Of a DNA stretch of 64,000 nt, positions 27,219-39,300 are shown in pieces. Numbering within the stretch: the first letter of the stretch is position 1; every line of letters starts with the position of its first letter. Source of the stretch: Mobula hypostoma (lineage: Eukaryota); the NCBI RefSeq assembly GCF_963921235.1, contig NC_086097.1:4464001-4528000 (forward strand), read 5' to 3'. Both the position numbers and the translations under genes were made by a program. The notes below the pieces were generated by a model that saw only the letters and a program-made list of their open reading frames with translations, did not search any database and was not told the origin of the DNA.

Positions 27219-28071
27219 TATTACATGGTTATATACGTTATATATAGGTATATAATTAAATGACAATAGACTTGACTTGACTGGTTTGTGCAGCCCTCAA
27301 CCTGATGGCATGAACATCATTTTTTCCGGTTAAAAAATATCTCTCCTCCTCTCTTCTTTTCCCATCTTTGGCCTCTTATTTCTTCTCACCTGCCTTCATC
27401 TCTCCCTGGTGACCCTCCTCCTTCCCTTTCTCCCATCGTCCATTCTCCTATCCTGTCAGATTCCTTTTTACCTTTCCCATCCACTTGGCTTCGCCTGGGC
27501 CTGAGATATACATTTGTTTATTCATTTCATAGACACTACCTGACCTGTTAAGTTTCTCCAGCATTTTGTGTGTTTTGTGCATGTTGCTCAAGGTTCCGAA
27601 TATCTGTAGAATCTCTCATGTTTATTGCATTTTTTACTGAGTGCCTGAGGATAAATGGATCATTTATACAGTTTGGAAATCTTCCTGTGACTCTTATTCT
27701 TGAAATACATGTCTACAAGAGCAAGTTGAAGAAGAGCTTTGAAGTAAAACCAATAACAAACTCGACTAGTAAAGATTAGGTGCAATTTCTACTTTAATAT
27801 AAATCATGTCATTCAATCAAACATGTATTAAGCAAATTATAACAATCAAGTCTATATTTGAAATATTTTGTTAATGTGGATATTGTTGAAGGGTTTACTT
27901 TGACTTGAAATCTCTTCAATCAATGCCTGACATGTTAACCTATTATAAAGCAAACCTAAATTATGTTAGCCAGCTCCCAATATTTAAATGTTACAAGTTT
28001 AAGTGTTAGAAGTAACTGCATTGTTTTCCATCCGGAGATGCACAAGTTTTGTGATGGTGTGGACTCTGTGA

Positions 28072-28260
28072 TCAAATGTTGGGGTTCATCACTCTCCCAG
28101 CAAACAGGACACTCTGGACATATTTATCAGCAAGTAGTAACAAGAAAGGTCTGTTACATTTAAACTCAATAGCATGAGACATTGGGATTATTTGAGAGCT
28201 TGTAACTGCAGTAGAATTTGTTCCTTTCTCATGTACTTTCAGCACAGCCTTATGAATCAT
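28072..28260 (-). CDS. SERPINA1-like: Serpin copy 2, last coding exon (hinge, reactive centre loop, C-terminus)
   Basis: Acceptor tttttttccctctgtag; IHKAVLKVHEKGT...IPMS...NRPFLLLL...LFAGRVMNP then TGA. The four exons total 1224 nt = 407 aa plus stop. Confidence 0.92.
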   Translation of the reverse strand: MIHKAVLKVHEKGTNSTAVTSSQIIPMSHAIEFKCNRPFLLLLADKYVQSVLFAGRVMNPNI

Positions 28261-28456
28261 CTACAGAGGGAAAAAAAGGCATCAAACTTGATTTATAACA
28301 AAAACATCCAATTTATAAGTTTCATAGATTTTCCAAATACTTTATTACTATATATCATTAATATCTTACAACTTACAAAAACAGTGTTGTTGTGTTTTAG
28401 GCCTATAAACATGCACTGAATTATTCAAACTGCCTATTTAATTATTTAGAGATAAT

Positions 28457-28480
28457 TAACCCTAACCCTAACCCTAACCC
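28457..28480. repeat. Short interstitial telomeric-type repeat (TAACCC)4
   Basis: Four perfect units read directly. Confidence 0.85.
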
Positions 28481-28719
28481 ACAGATTTAACACCAGCCTA
28501 AGTACATTTCCACCCACCCACCATCCAGGACATGCTCTCTTCTTGCTGCTGCCATGAGGAAGAAGGTAGAGGAGCCTCAGGACCCCCACTACCAGGTTCA
28601 CAAAGAGTTATTCCACCTCAACCATCAAGCTCTTGATAACTTCACTCATCCTAAGTTTCAAATGTTCCCACAAACTATGAACTTACTTTCAAATGTTCTC
28701 AGTATTTATTGCTTATTTG

Positions 28720-30932
28720 CAGTGGCATGCAAATGTTTGGGCACCCCGGTTAAAATTTCTGTTACTGTGAATAGCTAAGTGAGTAAAAGATGACCTGATT
28801 TCCAAAAAGCATAAAGGTAAAGATGACTCATTTCTTTAATATTTTAAGCAAGATTACTTTTTTATTTCCATCTTTTACAGTCTCAAAATAACAAAAAAGG
28901 AAAAGGGCCTGAAGCAAATGTTTGGGCACCGGGCATGTTCAGTACTTAGTAACACCTCCTTTGGCAAGTATCACAGCTTGTAAATCCTTCGTATCAAAGC
29001 TTGTAAATGCTTCCTGTAGGCAGCTCAGAGTCTTTCAATTCTTGTTTGGGTGATTCTCGTCCATTATTCCTCGCAAAAGGCTTTTAGTTCTGTGAGATTC
29101 TTGGGCCGTCTTGCATGCACTGCTCTTTTGAGGTCTATCCACAGATTTTCGATTCGGGGGACTGTGACGGCCATGGCAAAACCTTCAGCTTGCGCCTCTT
29201 GAGGTAGTCCATTGTGGATTTTGAGGTGTGTTTAGGATCATTATCCTGTTGTAGAAGCTATCCTCTTTTCATCTTCAGCTTTTTTCCAGACAGTGTGATG
29301 TTTGCTTACGGAATTTGCTGGTATTTAATTGAATTCATTCTTCCCTCTAGCAGTGAAATGTTCTCCGCCACTGGCTGCAACAAAAGCCCAAAGCATGATC
29401 GATCCAACCCCATGCTTAACAGTTGAAGAGGTGTTCTTTTCATGAATTTCTGCACCCTTTTTTCTCCAAACGTACCTTTGCTCATTGTGGCCAAAAAGTT
29501 CTATTTTAACTTCATCAGTCCACAGGACTTGTTTCCAAAATGCATCAGGCTTGTTTAGATGTACCTTTGCAAACTTCTGATGCTGAATCTTGTGGTGAGG
29601 ATGCAGGAAAGGTTTTCTTCTGATGGCTCTTCCATGATGGTCATATCTGTGCAGGTGTCGCTCCACAGTAGAACAGTGTATGGGGTGGGATGTATGGGGT
29701 GTCAGGGAGGCTAGCACCTCTGGTGGGGGAACATATCGTGTCCTTTTCAGGCAGGTTGTCCACCTTTGGTCCCCACCTGGCACTCAGCTCTCACCTGTGG
29801 GTCCCTGTAGCTGTTTGCATGTGACAGCAGTCAAACCCCGGGCAACGGCTTCGAGAAGCCGGCTAAACCTGGTGAGGGTAGCTGACGGGTCTGAAACCCT
29901 CGGTGAGATCGGGAGTTGTCTATCCCAGCATATGAGACAGACTCCAGTGGACTGAGTGGACGAGACCACTGGAAGGTCCAATGGTCAAGAAAGCAGTCTC
30001 TGCAAGCGTCCTGGAACGCGTAGAGCAGGACAAGACACAGAAGATGTCCTGGTCATCCACTGCGCCTAGTCCCATCCCCAGCCATCGCAACTATTGTCTT
30101 GTCACTGGATCCGGATGGGAATTGGGAAGAAAGAGTGAAGCTGACACTGCACAACTCTCCCTTACTTAAATCCAAATCAAGCGCTAGTCTCGACACCACC
30201 ATCATCATCATAATGGTGTTGAGATCTTCATGGACGACGATGGACGAACAACTAGAACAGTGCACCACCTCTCCAGAGTCTGTTAAATCTTCCTGAAGGT
30301 CTTTTGCAGTCAAACAGGGGTTTTGATTTGCCTTTCTAGCAATCCTACGAGCAGTTCTCTCAGAAATTTTTCTTGGTCTTCCAGACCTCAACTTGACCTC
30401 CACCACTCCTGTTAACTGTCATTTCTTAATTACATTACGAACTGAGGAAACAGCTACCTGAAAACTCTTTGTTATCTTCTTATAGCCTTCTCCTGCTTTG
30501 TGGGCATTATTTACTTTAATTGTCAGAGTGCTAGGCAGCTGCTTAGAGGAGCCCATTGCTGCTGATTGTTGGGACAAGGTTTGAGGAGTCAGCATATTTA
30601 TAAAGCTTTGAAATTTGCATCACCTGGCCTTTCCTAACGATGACTGTGAACAAGCCAGAGCCCTAACAAGCTAATTAAGGTCTGAGACCTTGGTAAAAGT
30701 TATCTGAGAGCTCAAATCTCTTGCGGTGCCCAAACTTTTGCATGGTGCTCCTTTCCTTTTTTCACTCTAAAATTGTACGAAACAAAAATAATACACTAAT
30801 CTTGCTTAAATGTTGAAAAGAATGTTTCATCTTTAACTTCATGACTTTTGGAGATCAGTTCATCTTTACTCACTGAACTATTCACAGTAACAGAAATTTT
30901 GACCGGAGTGCCCAAACTTTTGCATGCCACTG
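28720..30932 (-). mobile_element. Tc1-family DNA transposon with long IR/DR-type TIRs, defective
   Basis: Ends CAGTGGCATGCAAA(T/A)GTTTGGGCAC, repeated internally near 28916 and 30725; GRPRKIS, VLWTDEVKIELFG, TVKHG..SIMLW. Confidence 0.9.
29679..30252 (+). mobile_element. Unclassified 574-bp retroposon-like insert in the Tc1 transposase
   Basis: 10-bp TSD TAGAACAGTG at 29669-29678 and 30253-30262; short-repeat tail tggacgacgatggacgaacaac. Confidence 0.7.
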
Positions 30933-31679
30933 TATGTATAATGATTATTATTTTCTCTTTTGTACCTGCACAGTTTATTTTTTGATGTTGCCACGTTTGC
31001 CGAGCCTGCCAATTAGCTTGCAGATGTTTCCTCGCCAGTCGAGGCTCTTAAGAAATGTGAGGCAATAGAATTCAAAGGTCAACTGAAGGGCTCGCCAATC
31101 AGGATCAAAGCAAGTGAACAGGGGTCTCCATGAACACAAGCACCCCCAGAGAGAAACACCAACGACTACGCACTGAGGATGTCACCGCGACTGGAGATGA
31201 AACATCTGCAAGCTCAGCAAACACCAGAACATCAGACACCTGAACCCGAGCGACCAGGATTCACCACCATCCTAAACAGATTTTGTGGTCCTTTGCACAT
31301 TGGTTGTTTGTTCATCCTATTCAGTGCAGACTTTCATTGATTCTATTGTGTTTCTTGGATTTATAGACTATGCCCACAAGAAACTGAATCTCAGGGTTGT
31401 ATGTGTTGACATACAATATATGTACTGTGATAATAAATTTTCTTTAAACTTTGATTTGCAATGAGCAATTAGCCAACTAACCAGTACGACTTTGGGCTTT
31501 GGAGGGAACCCCAGGTAACCCGAAGTCAACCCATGTGTTCACGAGTAAGAAGTACAAACTCCTTCCAGACAGCATTGGCCTTGAACTCTGAACTCTGATC
31601 TCTGGAGTGCCCCAAGCTATCATTCCTTTTCAAATGTTTGAAATTCATAAGTTAAAATTTCACTGGTGTCCTCAATGAC

Positions 31680-32170
31680 ATGGGGTTGGAATGCAGATGC
31701 TTATTATTGAAGTTAGTTATTAACTTTTTGGCTTAAGATACTAAAATGTTACATCTGGTCAATCTTGCTGTATGCTTCCGAAACATGGACTATAACACCA
31801 GAACTCCAAAGAAACTTAGAAGCAACAGAAATGTGGTTTCTTAGAAGAATTTTGAAAATATCATATAGAGATAAGTAACTAATGAGACAGTACTCCAACG
31901 TGGCCACACAAAAAGATCTTTAATGAAACATTAAATGAGAGGAAACTTAAATTCCAGGGCCATGTCATCAGAAAGGGAGAAATAGAAAGCCTTACATTAC
32001 AAGGCTGTATGCCTGGGACATGCGGAAGAGGAAGGCAAAGAGGAAAATATATGGACACTGTGAAAGAAGTAACAGATCTAAGTGTGCGAGATATCATTGG
32101 CGCTGCGAGGGATCGTTCGATGTGGAGAGCCATGATCGCCCAAGTGTGTAACGCGCAAGGCACATGAAGG
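31680..32170 (+). mobile_element. RTE-clade LINE 3' fragment
   Basis: Translates to YASETWT...LEATEMWFLRRILKIS, typical of the RTE C-terminal region. Confidence 0.7.
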
Positions 32171-33732
32171 AGAATGTATTGATTTATTTATTGCAATATA
32201 GTGTGGAATAGGCCCTTCTGGAGGAGACGGTGGAGAGACGGGGAGCCGGAGGGGAGACGGGGAGGACGGAGGAGAGACGGGGAGTCAGAGGAGAGACGAG
32301 GAGGACGGCGGATGTGCGGAAAGACTCCGGTCGATCACTCTGGGTGGTCCCGAGCCATGAGTCGACAGGATTCAGGTGGTCGTCCGGAATCAATTGAGCT
32401 CCAACGGTTGTGTGCGAAGAACTTGGACTTTGGTAAGTGTTGGCGTTTTTTTTTTTCGTTACTTCCCTTTCTGTATCGAATTTATATTAATGTCATAGAA
32501 TTAGTAATATCTATAAAGTGTATTTGTTAAAATTTACTGGGTGTGCTGGCTGATGATTGATGTTTGGGCTTGATTCGGGCGGCAACCGACCCTGTGGGAA
32601 GCGTTGAGGCGGGTGCTGGGTGGGATCTCCCGCAGACATATACCAGCCAATATAACTGAACGTTACACTTAAATTATAAATCATAAATAGAAAATAGAAA
32701 AATGGAAAGTAAGGAAAAATGAAAGAAAAGTAAGTAACCTAAAGTCCCTAATTAGGCCATGGTTCTCCAAATACTCATAAATGCTGTTGCTGAGAATTTC
32801 CTCCAGTAACTTCCCAGCCACTGATGTCAGACTCACTGGTCCATAGTTTTAAGAATTATCCCTGGATCTCTCCCCATGACACAAAGATAGGCAGGAAACT
32901 AAGTTGTGAAGAAGACCTAGGGCGACTAGAAAGGGATATCGATTGTGTAAGTAAGTAGGCAGAGATCTGAGAAATGGAGTATTAGGTGGTAAAATGTGAA
33001 ATTGTCCATTTTGGGTGAAAAAGTGAAAAAAATATATCCTCAGAACAGTTGCAGAACACTAAGAAGGGATCTCGGTTCCAGTAAAAGATTCAAACGGTTT
33101 TAGGAGCAGATACAGCAAGCAGCCAGGAATGCTAAGAAGATCTTACTATTTGTTGCAAGTAGAGAGACCATGCTTCAGTTCTGTAGGAGAAAAAATGAGG
33201 TACCAAGGTAAACTAGCCAAGAATATAAAGAAGGATAGTAAAAGCTTCTTTAGGTATGTGAAAAGGAAAAAAAATAGTTAAAACCAAAACTGGGCCCTTG
33301 AAGACCGACGTGGATCACAAAGCACTCCAGCGGGTGGTGAAAACTGCTAGCAGATTATCGGCACCCATTGAGAACATCTAACATAAACGCTGCCTGGGCA
33401 AGGCTAAGAGCATTATCAAGGGTACATCTCAACCTAACCATGGACTTTTTACTCTCCTCCTATCCAGTAGGCGCTACAGGAGCCTCCGCTCCCGCACCAA
33501 CAGGCTCAAGATGAGCTTCTTCCCTGAGGCTGTGACCCTGCTGAACCTCACATCACAGCGCTAAGCAGTATTGCACCCATATCAAACAGTCTCAACACTT
33601 TTATATTTGAGTGCTGTAGCACTTACGTTTTATTCACAGTTATTTTGTAAACAATACTATTCTTTTGCACTTCTGGTCAAATGCTAATTACTTTTCATTG
33701 GCTTTGTATCTATACTCGGCACTATGACAATA

Positions 33733-34354
33733 TGAGGGGTGATTGATAAGTTCATTGCCTCGGGTAGAAGGAGTCAGTTTTAGAAAACCTAGCACATTTA
33801 TTTTTCCTACATTTACACACTTAGTCCAGCGGTCGTGGAGCATTCGGATCCCTTCTTTGTAGAAATCGGCGTCTTTGACCTCCAGAAAGTGGTCTTCAGC
33901 AGGGGTGATTGATATGTTTGTGGCTTAAAGTAGAAGGAGATGAGAAGAAACTTCAAATTTCTGCATTTTCACTCAAACAGTTGAACTGTACGTGCATGTA
34001 ACGAGAGCTGTATAATTCACCTCTTTCTACCTTAGGCCACAAACTTATCAATCACCCCTGCTGTGGACCACCTGGAGGTCTAAGACACTCTCGTTACATG
34101 CACGTGCAGTTCAACTCTTTGAGTGATAATGCATTAAGTTTGAAGTTAATAACTCATCTCCTTCTAGCTTAGGCCACGAACTTATCAATCACCCCTGCTG
34201 TGGACCACTTCTACAAAGAAGGGATCCGTATGCTCCATGACCGCTGGACTAAGTGTTTACATGTAGGAGGGGACTACGTTGAAAAATAACTGTGCTAGGT
34301 TTTCTAAAGTTGACTCCTTCTACCTTAGGCCATGAACTTATCAATCACCCCTCG
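33733..34354. mobile_element. Mariner-derived fold-back MITE (622 bp), paralog of 814-1571
   Basis: Same insertion site and TIRs, one fewer internal unit. Confidence 0.82.
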
Positions 34355-34688
34355 TAAAGTTGAATCTAATCTAATCTAATTCTGTATTGCAATGTACTGC
34401 TGCCACAAAAACTACAAATTTCACAATATATGCCAATGATATTAAACCCAATTTAATATCACTGTTTGGATATGTATAGTATACATAGGGAATGTGGAGG
34501 GGTGGGTCAGTGGGTAGATATGTATAGGATACGTATGGATTGTGGAGGGTGGGTTCGTGCATTCATATTCAATGAGTGCATACAAACTTAAACATTTAAA
34601 TTATCCCAATAAACCAAGCAGTACTTTCGTGATCTTCTGTTAGTTAACATAAACTGTATTCAATATAATCAATTTTCCAGTGGTTTAC

Positions 34689-34833
34689 CTCTGATAATTT
34701 TAGAGACCCTTCAGATATTCCAGAAAAGTTTGCAAGGTGAGTAAATGCATCTTCGATACCCATGGACCTCAGTAGGGGTTTGAGTTTGTAAGTTGCCTTC
34801 AGCGTCATCTTTGGGAAATGCACATCTACAGAT
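34689..34833 (-). CDS. SERPINA1-like: Serpin copy 2, third coding exon (145 nt)
   Basis: Hand translation SVDVHFPKMTLKATYKLKPLLRSMGIEDAFTHLANFSGISEGSLKLSE; AG/GT sites intact. Confidence 0.92.
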
Positions 34834-36394
34834 CTGTCATGAACATAACACCAGAAAGGTACTGTATCACCTCAAATTTTCTCACATCTTAGTTTTTTAA
34901 ACTTTTACTGATAAATAAATTAAACTAACATAAAGGAAATCTAACAATTAATGCAACACACACAAAATGCTGGAGGAAAACAACAGATCAGGCAGCATCT
35001 ATGGATTGAAGGTTCAAGATTGTTTTATATAATTTCCAGTACACAGGTCCAAAGGAGAATAAAATAATTGAAACTCCGGGTCTGATGCAGCTGCAAAAGA
35101 ACACATTAAGACAAACACAATAACTGGAAAAGATAGAGGAGGTAAAAGAGGGGGTGGGGTGGGGGATGTGGGGAGCAGCACTACTAATCAGGGACAATAT
35201 CACAGCTGTACTCAGGATAGACAATGGAGGGGTCAGATGTCAGATGCTGAGTCATTTGGATAGAACTCAGGAATAGGAAGGGTGCAATCACACTGATGGG
35301 ATTTTACCACTGACCCCTAATAGCCAACGGGACATTGAGGAACAGATATGTAGTCAGATTAAGGAAATGAGTGAAAATAGTTGTTGTCATGAGGGATTTC
35401 AACCTCCCTAATATAAAATGGGAGCTTCTTAGTGTAAAGGGTTTAGATGGGGCAGAATTTGTTAAGTGTATCCAGGAAGGTTTCTGAAATCAATATGTGG
35501 ACAGTCTAACAAGAGGAGGGGCCGTACTGGACCTGGTGTTAGGTAATGAGCCTGGCCAGAGGTGACTGACCTTTCAGTGTGTGAACAGTTAGGCAATGGT
35601 GATCTCAACTCCTTGAATTTCAGGACAGCGATAGATAAGTATAGGTATGGTCTTTGTGGGAGAGCTTTAAATTGGAGTAGGACAAATTTAGAAGATGTTA
35701 AGCAGGAACTAGGAAGCGTTATTTGGGAACACCTTTTCTCTGGAAAGTCCACATCAGACATGTGGAGTGTGTTTAAAGATGAATTGTACAGAGTGCAGGA
35801 AAGATATGTTCCTGTTAGAAGGAAGGACAGGGTTGGAAAGATAAGAGAACCTTGGATGTCAAGAGCGGTGATGAATTTAGTCGAGAAGAAAAAGAAAAAG
35901 TATGTAAAACTTCAAAATTTAAGATCAAATGAAACACATGAGGAGTACAAAGAAGCCAAAAAAGAACTTGAGATGAGAATTAGGAAAGCCAGGAGAGGTC
36001 ATGAAAAGTCCTTGGCAAGTAGGTTTAAGGTGAATCCTTTCTTTCTTTTTAAATCTTTTTATTGAGTAAGTATACAAAAAAGGTAAGCCATATAAACATT
36101 AATACAATGTTAAAGTATAATAAAATTCCAAAAGATAACAATACCAAAAAGAAAATACTACAAACAATGTAATTTAAACATAAGAAACCAAGATAACATA
36201 ATAGTATACTAGATTTTATATATATCAATGGAAAAAAAGAAAAAAAAAACCCCAAAAAAAAACCCACCGTGCAACTAACTAAAAGCAAAGCAAAGCAATG
36301 GGCTAACTTGAAACCAAACAGAGTTAAACTTAAAATCACGTCCTCAATCCCGACCTCCATTAAAACAGTGAAGAGAAAACAAGAAGGGTAAATA

Positions 36395-39300
36395 TTACAT
36401 TAAATGAAAATATCGAATAAAAGGTCCCCAAATCTGTTCAAATTTAAATGAAGAATCATAAAGGTTACTTCTAATTTTCTCCAGATTCAAACATAAAATC
36501 GTCTGAGAAAACCAAAAAAAGGTAGTTGGAGCATTAAGCTCTTTCCAATGTTGTAAAATACATCTTTTCGCCATTAAAGTAAGAAATGCAATCATTCTAC
36601 GGGCTGAAGGGGAAAGATTACTAGAAATTTTAGGTAGTCCAAAGATAGCAGTAATAGGGTGAGGAGAGATATCTATATTTAATACCTTAGAAATAATATT
36701 GAAAATATCTCTCCAAAAAGTTTCCAAAGTAGGGCAAGACCAAAACATATGAGTTAAAGAGGCTATCTGCCCCGAACATCTATCACAGAAAGGATTAATA
36801 TGCGAGTAAAAACGCGCTAACTTATCTTTGGACATATGTGCTCTATGAACCACTTTAAATTGAATTAGGGAATGTTTAGCACAAATAGAGGAAGTATTAA
36901 CTAATTGTAAAATCTGCCCCCAATCATCTACAGAAATGGTAAGCCCCAATTCCTGTTCCCAATCTACCCTAATCTTATCAAATGGAGCTTTCCTAAGTTT
37001 CATAATAATATTATAAATCATAGCCGATGCACCTTTCTGACATGGATTAAGGTTAATTATCGAATCTAAAATATATATAGGAGGAAGCATTGGAAAGGAA
37101 GTAAGTATAGTACTTAGGAAATTTCTAACTTGTAAATATCTAAAAAAATGTATTCTTGATAAGTTATATTTGTTAGATAATTGTTCAAAAGACATAAGGG
37201 AACCATCTAAAAATAAATCCAAAAACCGTAAAATACCCTTAGTCTTCCAAGTTTGAAAAGCGCGATCCGTAAAAGAGGGAGGAAAAAATATGTTACCTAA
37301 AATAGGAATCGCTAACCCGAATTGATTAAGATCAAAAAATTTTCTGAATTGAAACCAAATGCGCAAAGCATATTTAACTATCGGGTTAGAGACCTGCTTA
37401 AGACGTTTCGAATCAAAAGGAAGAGAGGAACCTAAAATAGAACCAAGTGTATAACCCTGAACAGATTGTAATTCCAATGCTACCCATTTAGGAATAAATA
37501 GTATGTCCCGATCAAGTAACCAAAATTTCATATGTCGAATATTAATAGCCCAATAATAAAATCTAAAGTTAGGTAATGCTAAACCTCCATCTCTCTTAGC
37601 TTTCTGTAAATGTATTTTACCCAGTCTCGGATTCTTGTTCTGCCAAATAAATGAAGAAATTTTAGAGTCAACTTTATCAAAAAAAGATTTAGGAACGAAA
37701 ATTGGTAATGCCTGAAACACATATAAAAATTTTGGCAAAAAAAACATCTTAACTGCATTAATACGACCAATCAAAGTTAAATATAAGGGAAACCATTTAG
37801 ATGAAAGTTGAGTAATATGGTCTATTAATGGTAAAAAGTTAGTCTTAAATAAATCTTTATGTTTACAAGTAATTTTAATCCCAAGATATGAAAAGTAATT
37901 ATTAATCAATTTAAATGGAAATTTATAATATAAGGGAAGATGTTTATTAATCGGAAAAAGTTCACTCTTACTAAGATTTAATTTATAACCTGAGAAAAGA
38001 CCAAATTGTGCTAATAACTCTAAAACAGCAGGAATGGATCTCTCAGGATTAGAAATATATAAAAGTAAATCATCAGCATAGAGTGATAATTTATGGGACT
38101 TTAATCCCCGAGTTATCCCAGTAATATTTAAAGATTCTCGAATAGCAATTGCAAGAGGTTCTAATGCAATATCAAATAATAGGGGACTAAGAGGACAGCC
38201 TTGTCGAGTACCACGAAAGAGAGGAAAAAAAGGTGAGTTTAAGGAGTTAGTACGAACCGAGGCTACAGGGGAATAATATAACAGTTTAATCCAGGATATA
38301 AATTTCAAGCTAAAATTAAACATTTCAAGCACCTTAAATAAATAAGGCCATTCTACTCTATCAAAAGCTTTCTCGGCATCTAAAGAAATAACACACTCAG
38401 GAACATTTTGTGAGGGAGTATAAACGATATTTAACAATGTACGAATATTATAAAAAGAGTAACGACCTTTAATAAAACCCGTTTGGTCTTCCGAAATAAT
38501 AGAAGGAAGTACTTTTTCTAGTCTATTTGCTAATAACTTAGAAAAAACTTTAGAATCAACATTTAATAAAGATATTGGTCTATAAGATGCACATTGAGCA
38601 GGGTCTTTATCCTTCTTTAGTATTAAAGAAATTGATGCTCTATTAAAAGATTCCGGAAGTTTACCAAGTTTCAAAGAAGCCTCAAAAACCTTATAGAGCC
38701 AAGGAATCAATAAAGAAGCAAAACATTTATAAAATTCAACGGTAAACCCATCAGGGCCAGGAGCTTTCCCCAGATTCATAGAAAAAATAACATTCTTAAT
38801 CTCATCCATTGTAATGGAAGTATCTAATAAAGAAGACATATCTTGTGAAATCAGAGGGAAGTCTAACTTATCTAAAAAATCATTCATATATTTAGAATCT
38901 CGAGGAGACTCTGATTGGTATAAAGAAGAATAAAAATCACAAAAGGTTTGATTAATCCCCACATGATCCAATATCAATCGATCATTTTGGTTATAAATCT
39001 GATTGATTTGAGATTTAACATAATTAGATTTCAATTGATTAGCCAGCAGCTTGCCAATTTTATCACTGTGAACATAAAAATCACTTCTTGTTTTCTTTAA
39101 TTGGTTTACAATCGAGGACGAGAGTAGTAAACTGTGTTCCATTTGAAGTTCAGTTCTTTGTTTGTATAGCTCCTCAGAAGGAGCCATAACATATTTCTTA
39201 TCAATTTCTTTAATCTTGTCCACAATTACCATCTCCTCCTGCTTCTGTTTCTTCCTCAAAGCAACGGAATACGAAATAATCTGACCCCGAATATAGGCTT

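Noticed and set aside
32215..32670. GA-rich stretch ending in ...GTTACA as an LTR
   Set aside because: No matching TG start or TSD found; left unclassified.
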